A model generated the notes under the pieces. The model was not told where the DNA came from and did no database searches. It worked only from the letters and a program-made list of their open reading frames with translations. Shown piece by piece: positions 36,240-49,226 of a DNA stretch of 57,033 nt. The position numbers and the translations under genes were made by a program. Position 1 is the stretch's first letter. Every line of letters begins with the position of its first letter. This DNA is from Mobula birostris (Eukaryota). The stretch is taken from the NCBI RefSeq assembly GCF_030028105.1, contig NC_092383.1, forward strand, positions 99,161,604-99,218,636, given 5' to 3'.

Positions 36240-37190
36240 TCACTGACCATCACAAACCCCTCCCCATCACTGACCCTCACAAAATCCTCCCATCACTGAC
36301 CCTCACAAACCCCCTCCCCATCACTGACCCTCACAAACCCCCTCCCCATCACTGACCCACACAAACCCCTTCCCCATCACTGACCCTCACAAACCCCTCC
36401 CCATCACTGACCCTCACAAACCCCCTCCCCATCACTGACCCTCACAAACCCCCTCCCCATCACTGACCCTCACAAACCCCTCCCCATCACTGACCCTCAC
36501 AAACCCCCTCCCCATCACTGACCCTCACAAACCCCCTCCATCACTGACCCTCACAAACCCCATCCCCATCACTGACCCTCACAAACCCCCTCCCCATCAC
36601 TGACCCTCACAGACCCCCTTCCACATCACTGACCCTCACAAACCCCCTCCCCATCACTGACTCTCACAAACCCCGTCCCCATCACTGACCCTCACAAACC
36701 CCCTTCCCCATCACCGACCCTCACAAACCCCTCCCCATCACTGACCCTCACAAACCCCTCCCCTATCACTGACCCTCACAAACCCCTCCCCATCACTGAC
36801 CCTCACAAACCCCTCCCCCATCACTGACTCTCACAAACCCCGTCCCCATCACTGACCCTCACAAACCCCCTTCCCCATCACCGACCCTCACAAACCCCTC
36901 CCCATCACTGACCCTCACAAACCCCTCCCCTATCACTGACCCTCACAAACCCCTCCCCATCACTGACCCTCACAAACCCCCTCCCCATCACTGACCCTCA
37001 CAAACCCCTCCCCATCACTGACCCTCACAAACCCCTCCCCCATCACTGACCCTCACAAACCCCCTCCCCCCATCACTGACTCTCACAAACCCCGTCCCCA
37101 TCACTGACCCTCACAACCCCCTCCCCCATCACTGACCCTCACAAACCCCTCCCCATCACTGACCCTCACAAACCCCTTTCGCCATCACTG
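36240..37190. repeat. ~26-bp minisatellite (CCCCTCCCCATCACTGACCCTCACAAA)n, about 35 units, starting at the KLHDC9 exon-3 donor
   Basis: Direct tandem repeats with variable C-run lengths. Confidence 0.97.
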
Positions 37191-37192
37191 AC

Positions 37193-37355
37193 CTTCACGA
37201 CCCCTTCCTTCCAGTGCCCGGCCACCTCAAAGCCAGGTGTGTTGCGCCCTCCAAATAGCAGCAGCTGAAAGCTGGCCTTCCCTCGGCACCCTCTCCGACA
37301 CAGGGTGGCCGAGTGCCCAGAGCGCGAGGCTGTGCGTGAGGCCTGCTCCTCGTAC
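37193..37355 (-). CDS. KLHDC9: KLHDC9 coding exon 3
   Basis: YEEQASRTASRSGHSATL...QLLLFGGRNTPGFEVAGHWKEGVVK; 163 nt; ctccccag acceptor, AAG|GTCAGT donor. Confidence 0.94.
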
Positions 37356-38285
37356 CTGGGGAGGGACAGGCAGTCAGAGACCGCAAAGCCCACAGTCCCA
37401 TCACATGGTCGCTGCAAGATGTCATGGGGGAAGTGATGTGGCTCCACCCCACCCTATCCCCTCCCTTCTTACACTCCCACACCACTCGAATGGGAATCTA
37501 CAAAGCATGATTCGCAAGATGTGGATGGCATGAAAAGCAGGTGGTGTCTAATAGTGGAGATGTGTATAATGTCCTGGTTAAGATTTCTATTGCTGCGCTG
37601 TGAGGTATTTTATTTTAGCAGTTTCTGTAAAAACAGTCTGTCCTGCTGGTAAAAGATAAGGAGTCACACTGTCCAAGTTAAGAATGTCAGCTAATCAGGA
37701 TTGTGGGATGGTGAGGAGGTTCTGGAGAGCTGGGCTGGGTAAGATTTCTGAAGGACAGTAGTCTGGTTTGAGGTCTTTTTGGGGGGGGGGGGCATGGACA
37801 GAACAGCACCAGGGAAGACCCGATTGCAAGGAGTGCTTCACAAGGCAGAGAATTTCAAGAAGGGACGTTCTGCCTGTGCTTGGTGATGGGAATTCAGCGC
37901 TGTGAGTAAAGCAATACTCACAGCTACTACGGAAATGAGCTCCAACGTTTATGTGTAACTGTAATAGGCCCTTTTTTTCTTTTTGTTTCTCTGTTAGCTG
38001 TTTGATAAAGTTGAAATTTGGTAAATATACTTTCTTTATAGTTTTATGTTGGTGTGCAATCTGTCATTTCTGGACTACTGATAACTCTATGGGCAGTATT
38101 TACACAGCATTCACTCAAACCGAGGTTCCTTTAATTGGAACATCACAATGTTCCTGTTTAATTGAACTCCAAATCATACCAACGCTAGACATACATTACG
38201 TACGAAAGGTGGCCTCAGCACTGGGCCACATGGCTGTTAGCAGAGGTAGTCTTGTCATCTTCAGAAGTTTTCAGATGGCTCCATA

Positions 38286-39130
38286 GTTGGATGCATCAGC
38301 AAGGGAGATGAGGCTAAGTACAGGGCTACGGTAGGAAACTTTGTCACATAGTGTGAGCAGAATTATCTGCAGCTTAATGTGAAAAAGACTAAGGAGCTGG
38401 TGGTGGACCTGAGGAGAGCAAAGGTACCGGCGACCCCTGTTTCAATCCAGGGGGTCAGTGTGGACATGGTGGAGGATTACGTATACCTGGGGATACGAAT
38501 TGACAATAAACTGGATTGGTCAAAGAACACTGAGGCTGCCTACAAGAAGGGCCAGAGCCGTCTCTATTTCCTGAAGAGACTGAGGTCCTTTAAGATCTGC
38601 TGGACGATGCTGAGGATGTTCTATGAGTCTGTGGTGGCCAGTGCTATCATGTTTGCTGTTGTGTGCTGGGGCAGCAGGCTGAGGGTAGCAGACACCAACA
38701 GAATCAACAAACTCATTCGTAAGGCCAGTGATGTTGTGGGGATGGAACTGTACTCTCTGACGGTGGTGTCTGAAAAGAGGATGCTGTCTAAGTTGCATGC
38801 CATCTTGGTCAAATGTCTCCCATCCACTACATAATGTACTGGGTGGGCACAGGAGTACACTCAGCCAGAGACTCATTCCACCGAGATGCAGCACAGAGCG
38901 TCATAGGAAGTCATTCCTGCCTGTGGCCATCAAACTTTACAACTCTTCCCTTGGAGGGTCAGACACCTTGAGCGAATAGGCTGGTCCTGGACTAATTTCA
39001 TAATTTCCTGGCATAATTTACATATTACTATTTAGCTATTTATGGTTCTATTACTATTTATTATTTATGGAGCAACTGTAACGAAAACCAATTTCCCTTG
39101 GGATTAATAAAGTATGACTATGACTATGAG
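38286..39130 (+). mobile_element. Rex1/Babar-like LINE 3' part, relatively young, with (ATGACT)n tail
   Basis: KTKELVVDLRR, YLGIRIDNKLDWSKN, KKGQSRLYFLKRLRSF; AATAAA followed by GTATGACTATGACTATGA. Confidence 0.9.
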
Positions 39131-39449
39131 CTAACGATCTAAGTTTGTGTATGAGCCCCAGTGCTTGGAAATAGGTACCGAGGGGATGCCGGGGGTAAGT
39201 TTTTCACACTGGGAGTGGTGGGTGCGTGGAATGCACTGCCAGTGACGGTGGTAGAAGCGGATACAATAGGGCTTTTTGCAAGCCTCAAGATAGGTGCATG
39301 GAGCTTAGAAAAATAGAGGGCTATGCGCTAGGGAAATTCTAGGCAGTTTCTAGAGTAGGCTACATGGTCAGCACAATATTGTGGGCTGAAGGTCCTGTAA
39401 TGTGCTGTAGATTTCTATGTTCTCTGTTCAAAGGAGGGCTGGACTTTTC

Positions 39450-39725
39450 TAGTGAACGATAGGGCCCTGGGGAGTGTTGTAGAACATAGGGATCAGGGGA
39501 ATTTCCTCGTGAACTATAGGGCCCTGAGGAGTGTGGTAGAACAGAGGGATCAGGGGAATTTCCTCGTGAACTATAGGGCCCTGGGGAGTGTTGTAGAACA
39601 GAGGGATTCAGGGGACTTTTCTAGTGAATGGTAGGGCCCTGGGGAGTGTTGTTGAACAGAGGGATCAGGGAAATTTCCTCGTGAACTATAGGGCCCTGGG
39701 GAGTGTTGTGGAACAGAGGGATCCA
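39450..39725 (+). repeat. 57-bp tandem repeat (about 5 units) amplified from a CR1 ORF2 segment; CR1 continues to ~40240
   Basis: Unit CTATAGGGCCCTGGGGAGTGTTGTAGAACAGAGGGATCAGGGGAATTTCCTCGTGAA. Confidence 0.85.
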
Positions 39726-40268
39726 GGAATACAAGTGCATATTTCCCTGAAAGTGGAGTTACAGAAAGGGTGGTGAAAAGGGCTTCCGTCATGTTGGCCT
39801 TCATCAGTTACAGCACTGAGAGCAGAAGCTGAGATATGTTACCGTTGCACAGGACGTCGGTGAGCCTGCATCTGGAATACCGTGTGTCATTCACTTGCTG
39901 TAGGAAAGATGCCATTAAGCTGGAAAGAGTGCAGGGGAGGTTTCTGCAGACCCTGCTGGGATGCAGAGAGGCTGAGCAGGTAAGGACTGTTTTCACTGGA
40001 GCGTAGGAGAATGAAAGATGACCTTACAGAGGTATAGATAGGGTGAATGTGCATGGCCTTTTTCACACAGTTGGAGAACCAAGAAGCAGAGGACAGAGAT
40101 TTAATAGGAACCTGAGGCAACTTTTTCACCCAGAGGCTGGCCAGCATACAGAACAAGCTGCCGGGGGCTGTGTTGAGGCGGGTAAGTTAACAGCATTTAA
40201 AAGGCACTTGGACAAGTACGTGGATAGGAAAGGTTGAGAATGCTCAGGCCAGTGTCTGACTGACTCAC

Positions 40269-40801
40269 CGGTAGTGTCCATGCTGCATGTCCACTTGAAG
40301 CTGGAAGATGCTGGCAAACCTCCTCTGGGTGCGGACCCCTCCCTCGCGTCCCACCACCCAGAGCCGCTGCTCGCTCAGCTTGGTGACACTATGGCCACTC
40401 AGCCCCACGGGTGCCTGGCTGCGCTGCTCCTGCTTCAGCTGGCTCCAGAAGCCGGGCTCGGTCTCATACCCAGCCAGGTCGAGGGCCTGGAGCCCAGCCA
40501 GCCGCCTCTTGCCGTCCCACCCCCCCACCACCAGCAACCAGCGCTCCTGCAGCACGGCGGTGCCATGGTGGCTGCGGGCTGGCCCGCCCGACACCACCCC
40601 CTCCACTGCCAATGAGCCCGCCCCCAGGATCACCGCATCACCCAGCGGCCCTTCCCGGGGCTCTGTTGACCGCATCCCTCCGTAGACCACCAGCCTGTCT
40701 CCCACCAGGTCCGCACTGTGGAAGGCTCGGGCCAGGAGCACAGAGGAGCCCGTCTTCTTCCAGCTCCAGTGGACCTCAGGCCCCTCCGCTCCCGCTCCGC
40801 C
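40269..40801 (-). CDS. KLHDC9: KLHDC9 coding exon 2
   Basis: LLARAFHSA..VYGG..RSHH..RWLLVVGGWDGKRRLA..PVGLSGHSVT..VVGREGGVRTQRRFASIF; ctctctgttgcag phase-0 acceptor, CG|GTGAGT donor; no in-frame ATG before the conserved region. Confidence 0.94.
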
Positions 40802-40879
40802 CTGCAACAGAGAGGGAAGAGAGAACAGTGTCACTGACCAGGGAAGGAGCCATCTACAGCCAATGTGGACCACTGGGCA

Positions 40880-41590
40880 GCCCAACCATTCAGCATCAAT
40901 GGGCATTCTCAGTTTTACTTGCACTATTTCGGCCACCTCTCTTCCTTTCCTGGATCTCCTGGCCTCCATGACATGAAAAAAACTATCCACCAATACCTAC
41001 TACAAACCCAGAGGTTCCTCCATTACACTTCCATCCTGCATAGATGCCATCCACTGTATCTGCCCTCAGATCGAGGCTTTCTGCTCCAGGAATATCCTCC
41101 TTCGGAACGTGGTGCTCCCTGTCTCTGCCATAACTGGTAGTGCACTCGCCCACGTTTCCTCTGCTTCCTGCAGATCTGCTCTCACCCCCACCAGCCCAGA
41201 CAGAACAGAGATAGAGTTCCTGGTCCTCACCTTTCACTCCACCAGCCTTCACTTCCAGCACATCCACTTCCATATTTTCACCAGCTGCAATATGATCCCA
41301 CCACCAGTTACACCTCCCCCTCTCCACCCCTTTCTGCTTTCCCTGGGCACTCTCCTCTCTTCATTCACTCACCTCTCCGCACCCACCCTTCCCATCTTCT
41401 AGTACTTTCCATGCACCCATGGGAGATGCCAAGTGTCTCCACACCTCCTTCCTCAATGCTATCTGGCGACTTTAGACTTTCCAAGCGATGCACAGATTCA
41501 CATATACCTCCTCCAACCTTGCCTGCTGCATTTGGGGCTCCCGAAGTGGCCTCTTCTACACAGTGAGGCCAAGCACAGACCAGGCAAGCA
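40880..41590 (+). mobile_element. Decayed Penelope-like fragment
   Basis: Similar to the reverse complement of 17300-18000 (LVLTFHSTSL..QHI; GLFYTVRPS region). Confidence 0.6.
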
Positions 41591-41819
41591 TATGAATAAA
41601 TAGTTTGTCAAAAAACATAGAGCAGTTGGAAATTTGGACAGAGAACTGAAAGATGGAATTTGATCTAGGCAAGTATGAGATGTACTTTTGATTAAAGTTC
41701 ACAGTAAATTTATTATCAAAGTACATAGTATGTCACCATATACATCCCTGAGATTCATTTTTTGTGGGCATTCTCAATAAATCCAATGAAAATAATAGAA
41801 TTAATGAAAGGCCTCACAG

Positions 41820-43230
41820 AAGGATGCTTATGTGAGAATGCTGTTCTTGGACTACAGTTCATCATTCAACACCGTAATTCCCTCCAGTCTCAGCAAGAAG
41901 CTCAGAGACCTTGGCCTTCACCCTGCCTCGTGCAGCTGGATCCTGGATTTACAGTCAGGTCACCAGCAGGTGGTAAGAGTGGGCTCCCTCACCTCTGCCC
42001 TTCTGACCCTCAACACAGGTGCCCCTCTGGGCTGTGTCCTAAGCCCCTCCTTTACTCTCTGTACACCCATGACTGTGTCGCCACCCACAGCTCCAATCTG
42101 CTAATTAAATTAGCTGACGACACTACACCGATTGGCCTTATCTCAAATAATAATGAGGCAGCCTACAGAGAAGAAGTCATCACCCTGACACAGTGGTGTC
42201 AAGAAAACAATCTCTCCTCCGATGTTGCAAAAACAAAGGAGCTGGTTGTGTGGACTACAGGAGGAATGGAGACAGGCTAACAAACCCTACTGACATCTGG
42301 AGTTGAGAGGGTGAATAGCTTTAAGTTCCTCAGCATCCACATCACCGAGGATCTCACGTGGTCTGTACACACTGGCTGTGGGGTGAAAAAAGCACAAAAG
42401 CGCCTCTTTCAACTCAGTGAAGAAGTTTGGCATGGGCCCCCAAATCCTCAGAACTTTTTACAGGGGCACAATTGAGAGCATCCTGACTGGCTGCATCACT
42501 GCCTGGTATGGGAACTGTACCTCCCTCAATCGCAGGACTCTGCAGATGTGAACTTCCCACTATCCAGGACATTTACAAAGACAGGTGTGTAAAAAGGGCC
42601 CGTAGGATCATTGGGGACCGAGTCACCCCAGCCACAAACTGTTCCAGCTGCTACCATCTAGGAAATGGTACCACAGCATAAAAGCCAGGACCAACAGGCT
42701 CCGGGACAGCTTCTTCCACCAGGCCATCAGGCTGATAAAATCATGCTGGTACAATTGTATTTCTATGTTATATTGACTGTCCTGCGGTACATACTATTTA
42801 TTATAAATTACTATACGAGGGGTGATTGATAAGTTCGTGGCCTAAGGTAGAAGGAGATGAGTTATTAACCTCAAATTTTCTGCATAATCATTCAAAGAGT
42901 TGAACTGCATGTGCATGTAATGAGAGCTGTATAACTCATCTCCTTCTACCTTACCAATTACCCCTACTGTGGACACTTTCTGGAGGTCCAAGATCCGTAC
43001 GCTCCACAACTGCTGGACTAAGTGTAAATAAAGGAGGGGACTATGTTGAAAACTAAATGTGCTAGGTTTTCTAAAATTGACTCCTTCTACCTTAGGCCAC
43101 AAACTTATCAATTGTCCCTCGTAAATTGCACATTGCACGTTTAGACAGAGATGTAACGTAAAGATTTTTACTCCTCGTGTTTATGAAGGATGTAAGAAAT
43201 AAAGACAATGCAATACAATTCAATTCAACT
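41820..43230 (+). mobile_element. Rex1/Babar-like LINE RT and 3' fragment
   Basis: VRMLFLDYSSSFNTVIP, LYSLYTHDC, KLADDTT, KTKELVV; (AATTC)n-like tail. Confidence 0.88.
42816..43121. mobile_element. Non-autonomous mariner MITE (306 bp) inserted in the Rex 3' UTR
   Basis: ~40-bp TIRs CGAGGGGTGATTGATAAGTTCGTGGCCTAAGGTAGAAGGAG and CTCCTTCTACCTTAGGCCACAAACTTATCAATTGTCCCTCG; TA duplication on both sides. Confidence 0.9.
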
Positions 43231-43369
43231 CAACTTGTGCATTCAACCAGTGTGAAAAAGAAGACAAACTCTGCAAATAACAGAAGAAATAAATCATAAT
43301 AATTACAAATAAATAAGCAATAAATAGCAAGAACATGAGATGACATGTCCTTGAAGGTGACTCCACAGG

Positions 43370-43870
43370 TTGTGGAAACAGTTCAGTGATGGGGCAAGTG
43401 AAGTTATCCTCCTTGGTTCAAGAGCCTGATGGTTGAGGAGTTATAACTGTTCCTGAACGTGGTGGAGTGAGTCCTGAGGCTGCTGTACCTTCTTCCTCAT
43501 GGCAACAACAAGATGAGAGAATATTCTTGGTGGTGGGCATCCCTGATGATGGATGCTGCTTTCCTGTGACATTTCATTTAAATATGCTCAGAAATGGGGA
43601 GGCCTTTACCTGTGATGGACTGGGCTGTATCCACTACCTTTTGTAGGATTGTCTGTTCAAGGGCGTTGGTGTTTCCATACCAGGCTGTGATGCAGCCAGT
43701 CTATATACTCACTGCACATCTATAGCAGTTTATCAAAGTGTTAGATGTCATGCCGAATTTTCGCAAACTCCTAAGGAAGTAGAGATGCTTTCTTTCTAAT
43801 TGTACTTATATTCTGGACAGGTCCTCTGAAATGATAACACTTTGCTTTTACATTTGATCCTGGAGCGAAG
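43370..43870 (-). mobile_element. Rex1/Babar-like LINE 3' fragment
   Basis: Similar to 5480-5850 (GAGCCTGATGG...GCTGTGATGCAGCCAGT). Confidence 0.65.
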
Positions 43871-44759
43871 TACACTGCGTATGACAGGAACTTTGATGTG
43901 CAGAGGGAAGTTGTGGTGAAATTCCATTGCTTGTTGAAAACTCACCAGCTTCTCCTCTTCCTTATGAGGCTGAATACACTTGGCAGATACCCAATGACCC
44001 TCACCATTTTTTCTAGAAAGCATCCTATCTCGAGGCATCAAGACTTGGCATAGCAACCACTCTGCATATGACTCTTTCTATACCTCTCTGCCAATATGAC
44101 CCTGAACATCCTCTCTCCTCCCCGGTCCCACTGGGCAGAAGACGTAAAAGCCTGATAGTACGTACCACCGGGCTCAAGGGTGGCTTCTACTTCCTTGGTA
44201 TGCTAGGCTATTCTTGACCTCACCATCTGCTGCGTTATGGCCCTCGCAAGTTATTGTCAGCCTGCACTGCACTTTTTCTGGAACTGCAACACTTTATTCT
44301 GCATTCTGTTCTTGTTTTCACTCATACTATATCACGCACTGATGTAATGAAATGAACCATGGATAGCATACAAAACAAAAATGTCACTGCACCTCAGTAC
44401 ATGCCAATAGTAAACCAATTAATTATTAAATAGCAACAGATGGAGAGGTGGTAAAATTGGCTTACAGCATTGGTTGGTTGGGGCATTAAGCTAAAAATCC
44501 AATTGCAACACACAGTGAATAAAGGTGTAAGGTTGACGTGGTATGCGAGCGGAAACTTCTTCACTCAGGGCAGTGACAGTGTGCAACCAGCTGCCAGCAC
44601 AAGTGGTGCATGCCAGCTTCATTTCAGTGTTTAATAGCAGTTTGGATAGGTACAGGGATGGCAGGGGTATGGAGAGCAGTTTAAATGGTTTGGCATGGAC
44701 TAGATGGGCCGAAGGGCCAGTTTATGTGTTGACTCTATAAGTGCTGGATGAGCTCTTCA

Positions 44760-45670
44760 GAGAGTGTTGATTTCAGGTTGAGACCCATCATGACTGCGGA
44801 GATGGTCAGCATAAAAAAGTAGAGGGAAGGGATGGAGAAGACACGAGCAGCAGATGGCGGATCCAGGTGAGGTGGGGGACGGAGAGTAGGGATGATGTCT
44901 AAAGTTGCGAGCTGATGGGAGGAAGGAACAAAGGGCTGACAAGGTGGAATCCGATAAGACAGGACAGTGGACCTGCAGGCCAGGCAACATCTATGAAGGG
45001 GAATAAACAGTGGACCATAAAATAAAGGGAAGGAGCACCGGATGCAATTAAATGGTTAATTTATCAAAATATATATTACATATTAAAATATGATTTACTG
45101 TGCCCACTGCTCTCACACAGCCTCTTCTACATTGGTGAGTACATTCATCCGCCTTACTGGTTGTAATTTCCCACATTCCCACTTTTATTTTATTTTAGTG
45201 ATACGGCACGCTACAGTAGTGATTGACCACTCAGTTACACTTCCCATTCCCACAGGGACAGATGCTCTCTACTGCCACATAGAGGCCAGACACAGATTAG
45301 CAAAGCAGCACCTCATATTGTGTTCTGCTCATCTCCAACAGCGCACCGTGCGCATCATTCCCTCTAACTTCCAGTAACTGCTCACCCCGTCCCTTTTTTT
45401 TCCATATCTGATCACCCTGTATCATCCCACCTCTACTCCCCACCAGCCTCTTGACCTGCTCATCACCGACACATTCAATGGTCTACCGTCCTCTCCATCT
45501 TCCTCCTATCGCTTTTAGTATATATCACTTTCCAGTTCAGATGAAGGGTCTCAGCCTGAAATGTTGACTGTTTATTCCCCTTCATAGATGTTGCCTGGCC
45601 TGCTGAGTTCCTCCAGCATTGTGTACGCAGTCCCAGATTTCCAACACCTGCAGGCTCTTCTGTTTCCATT
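44760..45670. mobile_element. Decayed Penelope terminal fragments in both orientations
   Basis: EARHRLAKQHLI similar to EAKLRLEEQHLI; terminal motif GAAGGGTCTCAGCCTGAAATGTTGACTG. Confidence 0.6.
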
Positions 45671-45854
45671 CTAATGGTGCAAGTTGTATAAAGCTTTGAC
45701 TAGGCTGTATACGTGTATTGTGTGCCGTTCTGACACCCTGTTACAGGATGTGGATGCTTTGGAGAGGGTGCAGAAGAGGTTCACCTGGATGTTGATGGTG
45801 CTGAAGTGTGACAACGCACGAGCTGATCCCTGCAGATAACGTGTTACTTCTGTT

Positions 45855-48665
45855 ATAGAAACATAGAAAATCTACAGCACAATACAGGCCCTCTGGCCCA
45901 CAATGCTGTGCCGAACATGTACTTACTTTAGAAATCACCGAGGGTTACCCATAGCCCTCTATTTTTCGAAGCTCCATGTACCTGTCCAGGAGTCTCTTAA
46001 AAGATCCTATCGTTTCCACCTCCACCACCATCGCCGGCAGCCCATTCCACGTACTCACCACCTTCTGCGTTAAAAAACTTACCCGTGACATCTCCTCTCT
46101 AGCTACTTCCAGGCACCTTAAAACTGTGCCCTCTCACGATAACAATTTCAGCCCTGGGAAAAAGACTCTGACTATCCACACAATCAATGCCTCTCATCAT
46201 CTTATACACCTCTATCAGGTCACCTCTCATCTTCCGTTGCTCCAGGGCAAAAAGACCAAGTTCACTCAACCTATTCTCATAAGGCATGCTTGCCAATCCA
46301 GGCAACATCCTTGTAAATCTCCTTTGTACCCTTTCTACAGTTTCCACATCCTTCCTGTTGTGAGGTGACCAGAACTGAGCACAGTACTGCAACTGGGTTC
46401 TGACCAGTGTTACTAGTGTAACACTGTGTTACACTCAATCCCACAGTGATGAAGGCCAATACATCATATGCCTTCTTATCCACAGAGTCAACCTGCGCAG
46501 CAGCTTTGAGTGTCCTATGAACTCGGACCCCAAGATCCCTCTGATCCTCCACACTGCCAAGAGTCTTACCATTAATACCACATTCTGCCATCATATTTGA
46601 CCTACCAAAATGAACCACCTCACACTTATCTTAATTGAACTCCATCTGCCACTTCTCAGCCCAGTTTTGCATCCTATTGATGTCCCGCTGTAACCTCTGA
46701 CAGCCCTCCATACACTATCCACAACACACCCGACCTTTGTCTCATCAGCAAATTTACTAACCCATCCCTCCACTTCCTCATCCAGGTCATTTATAAAAAT
46801 CAGGAAGTGTAGGGCTCCCAGTACAGATCCCTGAGGCACACCACTGGTGACCAACCTCCATGCAGAAAATGACCTGTCTACAACCACTCTTCACCTTCTG
46901 TAGGCAAGCCAGTTCTGGATCCACAAAGCATTGTCCCTTGGATCCCACGCCTCCTTACTTTCCCAATGAGCCTTGCATGGGATACCTTATCAAATACCTT
47001 GCTGAAATCTATATACTCTACATCTACTGCTCTACCTTCATCAACGTGTTTAGTCACATCCTCAAAAAATTCAATCAGGCTCGTAAAGCACGACCTGCCT
47101 TTGACAAAGCCATGCTGACTATTCCTAATCATATTATGCCTCTCCAAATGTTCATAAATCCTGCCTCTCAGGATCTTTTCCATCAACTTACCAACCACTG
47201 AAGTAAGACTCACTGGTCTATAATTTCCTGGGCTATCTCTACTCCCTTTCTTGAATAATGGAACAACATCTGCAACTCTCCAATCCTCCAGAACCTCTCC
47301 TGTCCACATTGATGATGCAAAGATCATTGCCAGAGGCTCAGCAATCTCCTCCCTCGCCTCCCACAGCAGCCTGGAGCACATTTCATCCGGTCCCGGAGAG
47401 TTAACCAACTTGATGCTTTCCAAAAGCTCCAGCACATCTTCTTTCTTAATATCTACATGCTCAAGCTTTTCAATCTGCTGTAAGTCATCCCTATAATCGC
47501 CAAAATCCTTTTCCGTAGTGAATACTGAAGTAAAGTATTCATGAAATACCTCTGCAATCTCCTCCGGTTCCATACACACTTTTCCACTGTCACACATTGG
47601 TCCTATTCCCTCACGTCTTATCCTCTTGCTTTTAACATACTTGCAGAATGCCTTGGGGTTTGATCCTACTCGCCAAGGCCTTCTCATGGCCCCTTCTGGC
47701 TCTTCTAATTTTATTCTTAAGCTCCTTCCTGTTAGCCTTACAGTATAATCTTCTAGATTTCTATCATCGCCTAGCTTTTTGAACCTTTCGTAAGCTTTTC
47801 TTTTCTTTTTGACTAGATTTTCAACAGCCTTTGTACACCTCAGTTCCTGTATCCTACCATCCTTTCTCTGTCTCATTGGAACATACCTATGTAGAACACC
47901 ACGCAAATATCACCTGAACATTTGCCACATTTCTGCCATACATTTCCCTGAGAACATCTGTTCCCAATTTATGCTTCCAAGTTCCTGCCTGATAGCTTCA
48001 TATTTCCCCGTACTCCAGTTAAACACTTTCCTAACTTGTCTGTTCCTATCCCTCTCCAACGCTATGGTAAAGGAGATAGAATTGTGATTACTATCTCCAA
48101 ACTGCTCTCCCACTGAGAGACCTAACATCTGACCAGGTTCATTTCCCAATACCAGATCAAGTACAGTCTCTCCTCTTATCAGCTTATCTACATATTATGT
48201 CAGGAAAGCTTCCTGAACACACCTAACAAACTCTACCCCATCTAAACCCCTTGTTCTAGGGAGATGCCAATCAATATTTGGGAAATTAGAATCTGCCACC
48301 ATGACAACCCTGTTATTATTACACGTTTTTGGAATCTATCTCCCTATCTGCTCCTCAATATCCCTGTTACTATTGGGTGGTCGATAAAAAACACCCAGTA
48401 GAGTTATTGACCCCTTCCTGTTTCTAACTTCCACCCACACAGACTCCGTAGACAATCCCTCCATGACTTCCTCCTTTTCTGCAGCTGTGACACTATCTCT
48501 GATCAACAGTGCCACTCCCCCACCTCTTTCGCCTCCCTCCCTGTCCTTTCTGAAACATCTAAAGCCTGGCACTCAAAGTAACCATTCCTGCCCCTGAGCC
48601 ATGGCCACAACATCATAGCTCCAAATACTGATGGGCACTCTAAGGTCATCCGTTTTGTTCATGAT
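45855..48665 (-). mobile_element. CR1 LINE, near-complete ORF2 with frameshifts
   Basis: Endonuclease PGFRCFRKDREGG..GVFYRPPNS; RT NYRPVSLTSVVGK, GVPQGSVLG, SKFADETK; (TTCTATGT)-type tail. Confidence 0.93.
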
Positions 48666-49226
48666 GCTTATAAATCAATTATTCTTCTAAATCTAAATTC
48701 TCTAACTTTGAGACTTTTATTTTATTTTAGCGATACAGCATGCTAACAGACCCTCCCAACCCAACAAGTCCGTGCCACCCAATGACTAATTAAGCTGCTA
48801 ACCCATATGTCTTTGGAATGTATGAGAAAACCGGAGAAGATCCTCACGGTCACAGGGAGAATGTACAAACTCAAACTGGACAGCCCCGAGATTCTGCATT
48901 GTTACTGTTCTACCTCAATGCTCCGTGTAATGATCTGATCTGTATGAACAGAGTGCAAGACAAGCTTTTCACTGTATCACTGTACAAGTGACAAGAATAA
49001 ACCAATGCCAGTATGAGGGGAACCTGGACCAACTTGTGTTTATTTTTTTCTCTCTGGAATGCTGAAGGCTGAGGAGAGACCTGAGGGAAATGTAGATATG
49101 GTCAGAACCTTTATTCCAGGTTGGAAGTGCTAGAAAGTAGGGCATAGGTTTAAAGAGTGAGGGAGAAAGTTTAAAGATTCATGCAACATTGTGTCCCTTT
49201 CCCCTGCCACCCAACCACCCAGCTTC

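Noticed and set aside
36240-37190. CRISPR-like array
   Set aside because: Head-to-tail units with no unique spacers, no cas genes, and a eukaryotic intron context
37560-38285. Possible additional solo LTR in KLHDC9 intron 2
   Set aside because: LTR-like composition, but I could not define matching TG/CA ends or a TSD
40802-40993. KLHDC9 start at the ORF-track Met (40993)
   Set aside because: The upstream part runs through a polypyrimidine acceptor and Penelope-derived sequence with no KLHDC9 similarity
46878-47906. 342-aa ORF as a domesticated or host gene
   Set aside because: Part of a frameshifted CR1 ORF2 with flanking CR1 fragments in other frames
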